NCBI RefSeq assembly: GCF_000007145.1
Contig: NC_003902.1
Span: 4,256,497 to 4,288,496, forward strand
Reading direction: 5' to 3'
DNA length: 32,000 bases
Source of the DNA: Xanthomonas campestris pv. campestris str. ATCC 33913
Lineage (GTDB): Bacteria > Pseudomonadota > Gammaproteobacteria > Xanthomonadales > Xanthomonadaceae
Numbering within the stretch: position 1 is the first letter of the stretch; the number at the start of each line of letters is the position of its first letter. A program made the position numbers and the translations under genes. Positions 7,279-14,948 of the stretch are shown here, in pieces. The notes beneath the pieces are model-generated. The model was not told the DNA's origin, did no database searches, and saw only the letters and a program-made list of their open reading frames with translations.

Positions 7279-8559
7279 ATGAAACGATTCCGGATGGGTG
7301 AGTTGTATCGCTACGCCAGGCCCGCTCTGCCAGAAGTGCTCGAGATCGATGGAATCTCGAATTTTCACTACGTCGTTGCAGCTCCTGGCTCGCCTTCATT
7401 GCAGCTTGAGAGGCGGATCAATGCGCCGAGCGTAACCCGTGCCATTGATGGGGACCGGGTCGCCGTGGTTCTTCTAGCGAGTAACGAGCACAAGCGTGGA
7501 TCGATGGAAAATCCATGGCACGACACGCTCGCACCTGACGAAGGCTTTGCGCGCTACTTCGGCGACAACAGAACTCCCGATGTAGATCCGGGGACTGCTA
7601 TTGGCAATCGAACCCTGCTTCGCCAATTCGAGTTCCATACTTCTCCGGATCAAGGAAAGCGTGAGCGAGCAGCGCCGGTGCTACTGTTTCGTTCAACGAA
7701 GAAAGGCTTTAAGGAGTTTTCGGGACTTGCGCTTATCGTCGGAGCGCGGCGGGTTACGCAATTCTCTGAGAAGAACGGCGGGTTCTTCACGAACTACCTC
7801 TTCGATCTGGCCGTCTTGTCTTTGACGGAAGAAGACGAAAGCCTAGCGATGCTTTGGATCCATGATCGTCGTGATCCATCGCGTGCGTGTGGCGTTGCTA
7901 ATGCAATGGCACCGAAGGCGTGGCAGCGCTGGGTGAAGTTCGGTAGCCCGGAGATTGAGCGTATCAAGCGACGGGTTGCGCGATATCACATCTTGCCCAA
8001 GCGGGATCAGGTTGCTCCAGTTAGCTCAGAAGGCGGCAAGACCCTGGAAGCCATCTACAGGTTCTACGAACCGAAGCGGCATCGCTTCGAAGCATTGGCA
8101 AGCTTGGCGTGCGAGTCTATGGTTCGCGGTACAGGTGCCGAGTACCACCGTGGTTGGCTAACGCGAGGCACAGGTGATGGCGGCTTGGATTTCGTCGGCC
8201 GCATCGATATTGGTGAAGGGCTATGGGGAACCAAGCTTGTTGTCCTGGGCCAAGCCAAGTGCGAGAAGATCGATGCTCCCACCGGTGGCGTCCACATCGC
8301 CCGGACTGTGGCCCGTCTGCGTCGGGGGTGGCTAGGTGCGTACGTGACTACCTCGTTCTTTTCCGAAGCCGTGCAGCGAGAAGTACACGACGATCAGTAC
8401 CCCGTTTTGTTGCTCAATGGAGCCGGCTTGGCTGCCGAGGTGACCAAGTTGCGGCTGGAAGGCGGCTTCGCAAGTACAGAACAGTTTCTTGAACACATTG
8501 ACGCTGATTATGAGGCGCAGGTCAGCAGCAGACGGCCAGAAGAAGTTCTGTGGGAATAG
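7279..8559 (+). CDS. modification-dependent (type IV/IIM-like) restriction endonuclease: SRA-like N-terminal domain plus Mrr/MspJI-like PD-(D/E)xK nuclease
   Basis: The ATG at 7279 has AGGAAA 8 nt upstream; the track starts one codon earlier at a TTG. The C-terminus FEALASLACESMV..GDGGLDFVGRID..(about 20 aa)..VLGQAKC carries the D...QxK nuclease motif. The N-terminus NPWHD..FARYFGDNRTP..GNRTLL..PVLLFRS..FSGLALI resembles SRA/YDG-type modified-base readers. Confidence 0.55.
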   Translation: MKRFRMGELYRYARPALPEVLEIDGISNFHYVVAAPGSPSLQLERRINAPSVTRAIDGDRVAVVLLASNEHKRGSMENPWHDTLAPDEGFARYFGDNRTPDVDPGTAIGNRTLLRQFEFHTSPDQGKRERAAPVLLFRSTKKGFKEFSGLALIVGARRVTQFSEKNGGFFTNYLFDLAVLSLTEEDESLAMLWIHDRRDPSRACGVANAMAPKAWQRWVKFGSPEIERIKRRVARYHILPKRDQVAPVSSEGGKTLEAIYRFYEPKRHRFEALASLACESMVRGTGAEYHRGWLTRGTGDGGLDFVGRIDIGEGLWGTKLVVLGQAKCEKIDAPTGGVHIARTVARLRRGWLGAYVTTSFFSEAVQREVHDDQYPVLLLNGAGLAAEVTKLRLEGGFASTEQFLEHIDADYEAQVSSRRPEEVLWE

Positions 8560-8662
8560 CGCGACGGCTAGCTTAGTCCAAGCCTCGCCTCCGGCAGTTG
8601 ACATCGTATCTATCGCATCGCAATCTTTGCCTCAAGGAGCGTCGAAACTCCTCAGAGAGCGG

Positions 8663-8671
8663 TACCCACCT
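8663..8671. repeat. second half of the IS4 9-bp target-site duplication (TACCCACCT)
   Basis: Directly abuts the IS4 copy 2 terminus at 8672. It is the reverse complement of 1709..1717. Confidence 0.7.
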
Positions 8672-9756
8672 CTGAGGTTTCCCCACATTTCCTCCTGGCA
8701 AATCAATCACTTGCGACGTAATTGCCTGGAAGAAAGTGCGCGCATGGCGCAATCTTCAAGGTGACTAAGCCAGAGAAGGTTGACGACCATGCGCGCCAGC
8801 GAAGTATTGCAGAAGTGCCTGCCCAACTCACTGTCCGGGATGCATGCGTTGCGCGAACGCGCGTTGCTGCATGCGGTCGAGGCGTTGTTGCACGGACGCA
8901 GGCTGACACTGATGGACATCGCACGTTCGTGGCCGAGCGCACTGCGGGTGCGCGCGCCGCTCAAGGCAGTTGATCGCCTGTTGAGTAATCGCAATTTGCA
9001 GGTCGAGCGATCAGTGATCGACCACGAGATGGCGCACTGGCTGCTGCGCGGCGCGCAGCCGGTAATCGTCATCGACTGGAGCGATCTGAAGCCAGACAAA
9101 TCGTGGTGTCTGCTGCGCGCAGCGGTGCCGGTGGGCGGCCGCACGCTTACCTTGCTGGACATGGTAGTGCCAGGAAAGCAGCAGGGATCGCCTGGTGCAG
9201 AAAGACGCTTCTTGCAACAACTGAGGGCACTGGTTCCGGACGATGTTCGCCCGATCCTGGTCACTGACGCCGGCTTCCGGACACCGTGGTTCCGCGCTGT
9301 ATCGGCCATGGGCTGGTGTTGGGTTGGGCGACTGCGCGGGCGCACGCAAGTCAAGCCGCAGGACGTGCGGGATGAAGCAGATCAGTGGATCGACAGCCGG
9401 AAACTGCATGTGTTGGCGTCCAATCGTGCATGCGAGTTACCGCCGATGCAGGCCAATCGCAGCGATCCACTCGATTGCAGGTTGGTGATTTACGCCAAGG
9501 CACGGCAAGGGCGCAAACAGTGCAATCGCCGCTCACCCGCCAAAGTCTCGCGTGCGTCATCGAGTCTGAAGGCCGCAGCGCGCGAGCGCGAGCCTTGGCT
9601 CATCGTTGCATCCCCGCAGCTGCAGGCGCCCAGCGCAAAGCAGTTGGTTAATGTGTACGCACGACGGATGCAGATCGAGCTTGCATTTCGCGATCTGAAA
9701 TCACATCGCTACGGCCAGGCGCTGGAAGACAGTTTGACCCGACGCGGCGAGCGACT
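8672..9756 (+). mobile_element. IS4-family insertion sequence, 3'-truncated inverted copy
   Basis: Matches copy 1 (reverse complement) from the terminus through codon 325 of the transposase. I noticed one synonymous difference, T at 9649 versus the complement of G2090. Identity stops at 9756, where an IS3 end (TGATACG...) begins. Confidence 0.85.
8780..9756 (+). pseudogene. IS4-family transposase, truncated after about 325 codons
   Basis: The first 325 aa or so are identical to the 407-aa copy. The ORF then reads into the IS3 terminus (..GERLDTPRVP stop). Confidence 0.85.
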
Positions 9757-10078
9757 TGATACGCCCAGGGTTCCGTAGACACTCAAGACCCTCGTTGCGC
9801 GTAGCGCCGTTCAAACTCTACAGGTGACAGGTCGCCAGTTGAACCGTGGCGGCGGTTGGGGTTGTAGAACATCTCGATGTAGTCGAATACCTCGGCGCGA
9901 GCGGCGTCCTTGGTGGGATAGGTCCGCCGCCTGATCCGCTCGCGTTTGAGCAGGCCGAAGAAGCTCTCCACGGGTGCGTTGTCGTGGCAGTTGCCACGCC
10001 GACTCATGCTGCACACCAAGCCATGGGACGCCAGGAAACTGCGCCAGTCTGACCTGCCCCCACCGGCCATACCAGTGA

Positions 10079-10957
10079 TTACTGATAAAGCCCGGGGTTG
10101 AAGGGTACTGCGTTGTTGCCGGTTTGTGCTCGGTGGTTGGAGGCAAACTGCGCTGGCGGGATGCGACCACAGCTGCTGTGCGGACGTACCTCGTTGAAGT
10201 CACGCCGCCAATCGGCGATGACCTCGCGAGCCTGGATCAGCGACGTGAACCAGTGTTCGTTGAGACATTCGTCGCGGAACTTGCCGTTGAAGCTCTCGAT
10301 GTAGCCGTTCTGCATGGGTTTGCCGGGTTCGATCAGGATGTGTTCGATGCCACGCTGCTGTGCCCAAGTGATGAAGGCGCGGCTGGTGAACTCCGGGCCG
10401 TTGTCCGTGCGCACCGCGCGGGGATAGCCGCGGAAGCAGGCGATCTGCTCCAGCACACGCACCACGTAAGCCCCGCTGATGCCATGGTCCACCGCGATGT
10501 CCACGCATTCATGGGTGAAGTCGTCGGCGACGGTCAGGCATTTGATGCGGCGGCCACTGGCCAACTGATCAAAGACGAAGTCCATGCTGATTACCTCGTT
10601 GGGATGCCGCGCTGGCCGTAACGGCTGCCGCTGTGCCGCCGGGAACTTGGCCTTCTTGCGCCGGCGCACGCTCAGCTTCGCCTCGCGGTACAGACGGTAG
10701 ATCTTCTTATGGTTCACCTGCGGAAACTCCGGGCGCAGCAGGTCGTGCAGGCGGCGATAGCCGAAGCGGCGACGCGCCTGCGCCAGTTCCACCAGTCTGG
10801 CCGACAGGGTTTGCGTCGCCGGCGTGGGTGTCGGCGCGTGGCGGAAAGCATCGCGGGAGATCCCCGCAAGGCGACAAGCCCGGCGCTCGCTGATCGACGT
10901 CAGCTCGCACATGCGCCGGATTGCCTCGCGCTTGCGTTGCGGGGCTAGCGTTTTACC
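10079..10957 (-). CDS. IS407-group transposase OrfB (DDE core)
   Basis: The lower part of ORF 10079..11131, in the -1 frame relative to orfA. Contains [14 protein letters not shown] and an rve-type C-terminus. Confidence 0.85.
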   Translation of the reverse strand, partial: GKTLAPQRKREAIRRMCELTSISERRACRLAGISRDAFRHAPTPTPATQTLSARLVELAQARRRFGYRRLHDLLRPEFPQVNHKKIYRLYREAKLSVRRRKKAKFPAAQRQPLRPARHPNEVISMDFVFDQLASGRRIKCLTVADDFTHECVDIAVDHGISGAYVVRVLEQIACFRGYPRAVRTDNGPEFTSRAFITWAQQRGIEHILIEPGKPMQNGYIESFNGKFRDECLNEHWFTSLIQAREVIADWRRDFNEVRPHSSCGRIPPAQFASNHRAQTGNNAVPFNPGLYQ

Positions 10958-11211
10958 CCGAACCCGACCTTCAGCGCCTCGATGTCCAGGTGCGCCTCGG
11001 CCAGCAACCGCTTCAGGCGGTTGTTCTCCTGCTCCAGCTCCTTCAGGCGCTTCGCGTCTTCGGCCTCCATGCCGCCGTACTTGGCCCGCCACTGGTAGAA
11101 GCTGGCCGGGCTGAAACCGTGCTGGCGGCACAGCTCAGCCACCGCCATCCCGGCATCCGCCTGCTTGATGAATCCGATGATCTGCTCGGTGGTGAAACGA
11201 CTCTTCTTCAT
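10945..11211 (-). CDS. IS407-group transposase OrfA
   Basis: 88 aa, [44 protein letters not shown]. Confidence 0.9.
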   Translation of the reverse strand: MKKSRFTTEQIIGFIKQADAGMAVAELCRQHGFSPASFYQWRAKYGGMEAEDAKRLKELEQENNRLKRLLAEAHLDIEALKVGFGVKR

Positions 11212-11883
11212 GTCCGTCCTCGTGGTTGACGGACTTTACAGCTTCACGTGGTACGGCTCAGCGGGGGCAGGTCAAGTCATCGCTGGTGTAGACAGACCCT
11301 TGGTCCGAATGAACCAAGCAACCAGCGTTGGGTTTGCGCCGCCACACCGCAGACAACACCGCCTGCACGACCAACTCGGTGTCGGCCCGATCGCGCATCG
11401 CCCAGCCGACGACCTGCCTGGAAAACAGATCGATCACAACAGCCAAATACATCCAGCCTTCATGCGTGCGGATGAAGGTGAAATCGCTCGCCCAGGCCGT
11501 GTCCGGCTCCGTCACGTCGAACTGTCGGTCAAGCAGGTTGGCCGCCGCCTTGCACTGCATTCCTCCATGGAAGCGCGGTTTGCGACCATAGCCCACCTGG
11601 GCACGCAGTCCCTCGGTGCGCATCAGCCGATGCACCCGATGACGACTACAACGCTCACCCAGATCGCGCAGATCCGTGGTGATCTTGCGATGCCCATAGA
11701 CACTGCCGCTGGCCAGCCAGTGGTGCTTGATTAGTCCAAGCAAGCGATCATCTTCCTTGGCGCGCTCACTGTTGGGCGAGCACAACCAGGCGTAATAACC
11801 CGACCGGTTGACCCGCAATACCCGGCACATTGCACACACCCTGAATTCCCCGCAGTGGGCTTGCATGAAGGCGTACTTTGCCT

Positions 11884-12177
11884 TTACCCCTTGGCAAAGT
11901 ACGCGGCGGCCTTTTTTAGGATGTCGCGCTCCTCGGTCACTCGACGCAACTCTGCCTTCAGCCGCCGAACCTCGGCGCTCTGGTCCACCTCGGCGCGATG
12001 CACCACGCCAGACTTGCCGAACGTGCGCAGCCAGGCGTACAGGCTGTGCGTGGTGACACCCAGCCGCTCGGCGACTTCTGCCACCTTGAACCCACGATCA
12101 GTCACTTGCCGGACCGCCTCGATCTTGAACTCATCCGTATACCGCTTGCTGCTCATAGACACCTCCGAATCGACCAT
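11884..12177 (-). CDS. outer IS3-family transposase OrfA
   Basis: 97 aa, SSKRYTDEFKIEAVRQVTDRGFKVAEVAERLGV..., with an A6G slippery site near its 3' end (+ strand 11922..11928). Confidence 0.85.
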   Translation of the reverse strand: MVDSEVSMSSKRYTDEFKIEAVRQVTDRGFKVAEVAERLGVTTHSLYAWLRTFGKSGVVHRAEVDQSAEVRRLKAELRRVTEERDILKKAAAYFAKG

Positions 12178-12489
12178 TTTCCATGGCCTTGAGATGTCTA
12201 GGAAACCCTGGGCGTATCAGTGCTTTCTGCCGGGTGGCCCCTATGAAATTCAGATTATTGAGTCAAATAAAGGCCTGTTCGGCTTATCAAATGTAAATTT
12301 AATACGTCCACCTTAGGTAGTGCAGGATGATAGGTTGTATTAATTATTTCGAAGGTGAGTTTTGGCTGATTTTTGATTTTAGTGACTTGGCGCACGGCCT
12401 ATTAGTAATTGTTGGCGCCTAATGCGGCCGCGACTGCCGTTCTAGCGGCTATTGCATATAAAATAATCATTTATTGAAAAGAAGGTTAT

Positions 12490-13503
12490 ATGAAAATTTC
12501 AGAAACGTCTTGCGTAAAATTTAGCGTGGGAAGATTGGCTGCAGGGCTTGTTTTGATTGCTTCAATTGCAGGGGCCGGCTTTGCTACCGCTGCTGAGCGA
12601 AATCTTGGGGCTAGACCAGCGGGTGTCCCAGCCGACTACGTGATAACTCCGTTCGGTTATTTTTCGCCTGCCTGTGTTCAGCAGATTCACGATGGAGACC
12701 ATATCACGCAGGATGGAGGAATTCAGCGTGTCACCGGCTCGTTAGAGCAGCGGAAGATCTGTAATCAGGACAACTTCACGCGTGATGGTGTTCGCGTTAA
12801 GTCTGACGGACGAACGTTGGAAGGCAAGCTGGCTCGAACAAGTGATGGCAATTCACTAGCAGAAACCAAGGCAGTCCACCCCCCCACAATTGCCCATGAA
12901 TATCTAGCTGACGGAAGTTATATCACATCTCAACCGATTGGCAGAATCATCGCTAGTTGGAAAGTTCCGCCGAATCCACGAGTTCGATCCAAGCAGACAA
13001 TCTATTTTTTCCCGGGGATGCAAGGCGATACAATTCTACAGCCAGTATTGGGGTATCGAGGAGAATCCAATACTTGGGATCTCAGTAGCTGGAATTGTTG
13101 CAAAGATGGGACCGTGTGGACTAGTGATTATATCCCAGCAAAATCTGGCGATCAAATAGTTGGTGATACGTACTCCACTTGCGCGGCTGGCATGGCCTGT
13201 AATCGTTGGAATATTGATACGAAAAATGTCACGTCGGGACGCAGCGTACGACTAACAACTGCCCCCTACGGAAACCCAAGTTTGATCTTCGGCGGAGCTC
13301 TGGAAGTATACGATGTTACCAGTTGTGACGAGTTTCCGGACGGTGGATTTCTTACGTTTAGCAACATCGCTGTCTATGATCGAAATATGATTCGCGTTTC
13401 GTCCCCGCCATGGGATAGTAATGGGCCGGCTGCTGCGGGGCTCACTCCGCAATGTAATTATGGCGTAAAAACAACTGATACTTCAGTTACTGTGTTCTAT
13501 TGA
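12490..13503 (+). CDS. secreted protein with a peptidase G1 (eqolisin/scytalidoglutamic peptidase)-like motif layout
   Basis: 337 aa in an AT-rich islet. RBS AAGAAGG. Signal peptide ..LIASIAGAGFATAAE. The segments YFFPGMQGDTILQPVLGY, SSWNCC, GGALEVYDVTSCDEFPDGGFLTFSNIAV and the C-terminal TSVTVFY parallel the G1 peptidase order as I recall it (WVGIDGDT..ILQTG, AWYEW, AEWIVEDF..FgsVtF, ..VTVTY). The family assignment is tentative. Confidence 0.45.
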   Translation: MKISETSCVKFSVGRLAAGLVLIASIAGAGFATAAERNLGARPAGVPADYVITPFGYFSPACVQQIHDGDHITQDGGIQRVTGSLEQRKICNQDNFTRDGVRVKSDGRTLEGKLARTSDGNSLAETKAVHPPTIAHEYLADGSYITSQPIGRIIASWKVPPNPRVRSKQTIYFFPGMQGDTILQPVLGYRGESNTWDLSSWNCCKDGTVWTSDYIPAKSGDQIVGDTYSTCAAGMACNRWNIDTKNVTSGRSVRLTTAPYGNPSLIFGGALEVYDVTSCDEFPDGGFLTFSNIAVYDRNMIRVSSPPWDSNGPAAAGLTPQCNYGVKTTDTSVTVFY

Positions 13504-13519
13504 TAATTAGTATTAAACC

Positions 13520-13547
13520 ATCTTGCGGAGCATTTGCTCCGCAAGAT
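13520..13547 (+). terminator. perfect 12-bp stem hairpin after the stop codon (no T-run)
   Basis: ATCTTGCGGAGC-ATTT-GCTCCGCAAGAT, 17 nt after the TGA at 13503. Confidence 0.4.
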
Positions 13548-13666
13548 GACCTCGCGATCTTGGGAGAATTATTTACCTGAGAAGTGGCTTGGAATCGCGT
13601 TTTGTGTAACGTGACGATCTAACAATGAGACGCCCAGTAGTATGCGCCTCTCGTATCGTGCACTAG

Positions 13667-14826
13667 GGAACCTCTGAACAACGCACCACAGATACGCGAC
13701 ACTACCCGCCTGATGTTGAGGGGTGATCCATGCAACTGACGTTCGGTGACGCTGAGGGCCTGGGCAAGCGCAAGCAGACGCGCCGGGAGATCTTCCTGGC
13801 CGAGATGGAGCAGGTCGTCCCGTGGCAGCAATTGCTCGGGCTGGTCGCGCCGCACTATCCCGTGTCGGGCCGGCCAGGTCGGCAGCCGTACGCACTGGCG
13901 ACGATGTTGCGGATTCATTTGCTGCAGCAGTGGTATGCGTTGAGCGATCCGGCGATGGAAGAAGCACTGCACGAGATCCCGACCTTGCGGCGGTTTGCCC
14001 AGCTCGGTGGCTTGGACAACGTTCCGGACGAGACCACGATTCTCAACTTTCGCCGCCTGCTGGAGACCCATGGCCTTGCCGCGCGGATGCTGGAAGCTGT
14101 CAACGCGCATCTGGCGCGCAAGGGCCAGAGCCTGCGGTCGGGCACGATCGTCGATGCGACGCTGATCGCGGCGCCCAGTTCGACCAAGAACGCCGACCAT
14201 GCGCGCGACCCCGAGATGCATCAGACCAAGAAGGGCAATCAGTGGTATTTCGGGATGAAGGCGCACATCGGCGTGGATGAATTTTCCGGGTTGGTGCACC
14301 ACGTCCATTGCACGGCCGCCAACGTCGCCGATGTCACGGTGACGCACGCATTGCTGCATGGCAAAGAAGACAGCGTGTTTGGCGACAGCGGCTACACCGG
14401 TGCGGATAAGCGCGAAGAACTGCAGGACTGCGAGGCTGCATTTTTCATTGCTGCCAAGCGTTCGGTGCTTCAAGCCATCGGCAACAAGCGGGAGCGTGCT
14501 CGGGAACAGCGCTGGGAACACTTCAAGGCCAGCGTGCGTGCGAAGGTGGAGCATCCGTTCCGGGTGATCAAGCGCCAGTTCGGTTACACCAAGGTCCGCT
14601 ATCGCGGCCTGGCGAAGAACACCGCGCAGGTGCTGACGCTGTTTGCGCTGTCAAACCTGTGGATGAAGCGAAAGCAGTTATTGCCTGCTATGGGGAGCGT
14701 GCGCCTGTAACGCAGGCAACACCCTGCAAACGCGCCGGAAACGGCAAAAAAATCGAGGATCTGAGCGCCGTCAGCCTGGCCGATGTAGTTGGGCTCATCC
14801 TCCGACGCCGTTGATCAGACCATCCC
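13667..14826 (+). mobile_element. IS5-family insertion sequence (about 1160 bp)
   Basis: Imperfect terminal inverted repeats GGGAACCTCTGAACAACGC and GGGATGGTCTGATCAACGGC (reverse complement). Flanked by TAG on both sides (13664..13666 and 14827..14829). Confidence 0.75.
13730..14710 (+). CDS. IS5-family DDE transposase
   Basis: 326 aa. N-terminal DUF772-type region (REIFLAEMEQVVPWQQL), then IVDATLI, FGDSGY and AKVEHPFRVIKRQFGY. Confidence 0.9.
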   Translation: MQLTFGDAEGLGKRKQTRREIFLAEMEQVVPWQQLLGLVAPHYPVSGRPGRQPYALATMLRIHLLQQWYALSDPAMEEALHEIPTLRRFAQLGGLDNVPDETTILNFRRLLETHGLAARMLEAVNAHLARKGQSLRSGTIVDATLIAAPSSTKNADHARDPEMHQTKKGNQWYFGMKAHIGVDEFSGLVHHVHCTAANVADVTVTHALLHGKEDSVFGDSGYTGADKREELQDCEAAFFIAAKRSVLQAIGNKRERAREQRWEHFKASVRAKVEHPFRVIKRQFGYTKVRYRGLAKNTAQVLTLFALSNLWMKRKQLLPAMGSVRL

Positions 14827-14948
14827 TAGGTCCGTTGGGGCGTACCTGCTCGTTCAGTCCCTCTTGATGCACACGGGCAATGCGCGACACGCGCCCCACG
14901 AATCCCACGCTCACCGCGTTGGGGCTGGCGCTGATTTTGAAGTATTTG

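Larger units (their letters stand above)
10050..11274 (-). mobile_element. IS3-family IS407-group element, 1225 bp, nested inside the outer IS3 (IS476-like by size and ends; name unverified)
   Basis: 12-bp perfect terminal inverted repeats TGACCTGCCCCC. A 4-bp direct target duplication AGTC lies at 10046..10049 and 11275..11278. Confidence 0.85.
9783..11866 (-). pseudogene. outer IS3 transposase OrfB, split into N- (11279..11866) and C-terminal (9783..10049) parts
   Basis: The N-terminal part ends ..VHSDQGSVYTSDD and the C-terminal part resumes WRSFLASHGLVCSMSRRGNCHDNA. Removing the insert and one AGTC copy restores SDDWRSF in frame. Confidence 0.8.
9757..12219 (-). mobile_element. IS3-family insertion sequence (about 1234 bp without the insert), interrupted by a second IS
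   Basis: Terminal inverted repeats TGATACGCCCAGGGTT at both ends. orfA is intact; orfB is split by the element at 10050..11274. The flanks differ (ACT vs GTG), and the rest of the IS4 copy is missing on the far side. Confidence 0.8.

Noticed and set aside
1718-9756. The two inverted IS4 copies as a composite transposon carrying the effector and the restriction gene.
   Set aside because: Copy 2 lacks its distal end. The single 9-bp duplication is split between the outer end of copy 1 and the inner end of copy 2, which fits an inversion between copies and not transposition of the whole unit.
14827-14948. 122-bp fragment between the two IS5-family elements, part of a 61-aa minus ORF.
   Set aside because: I could not recognise any gene, RNA or IS end in it. 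It is probably an orphan remnant.
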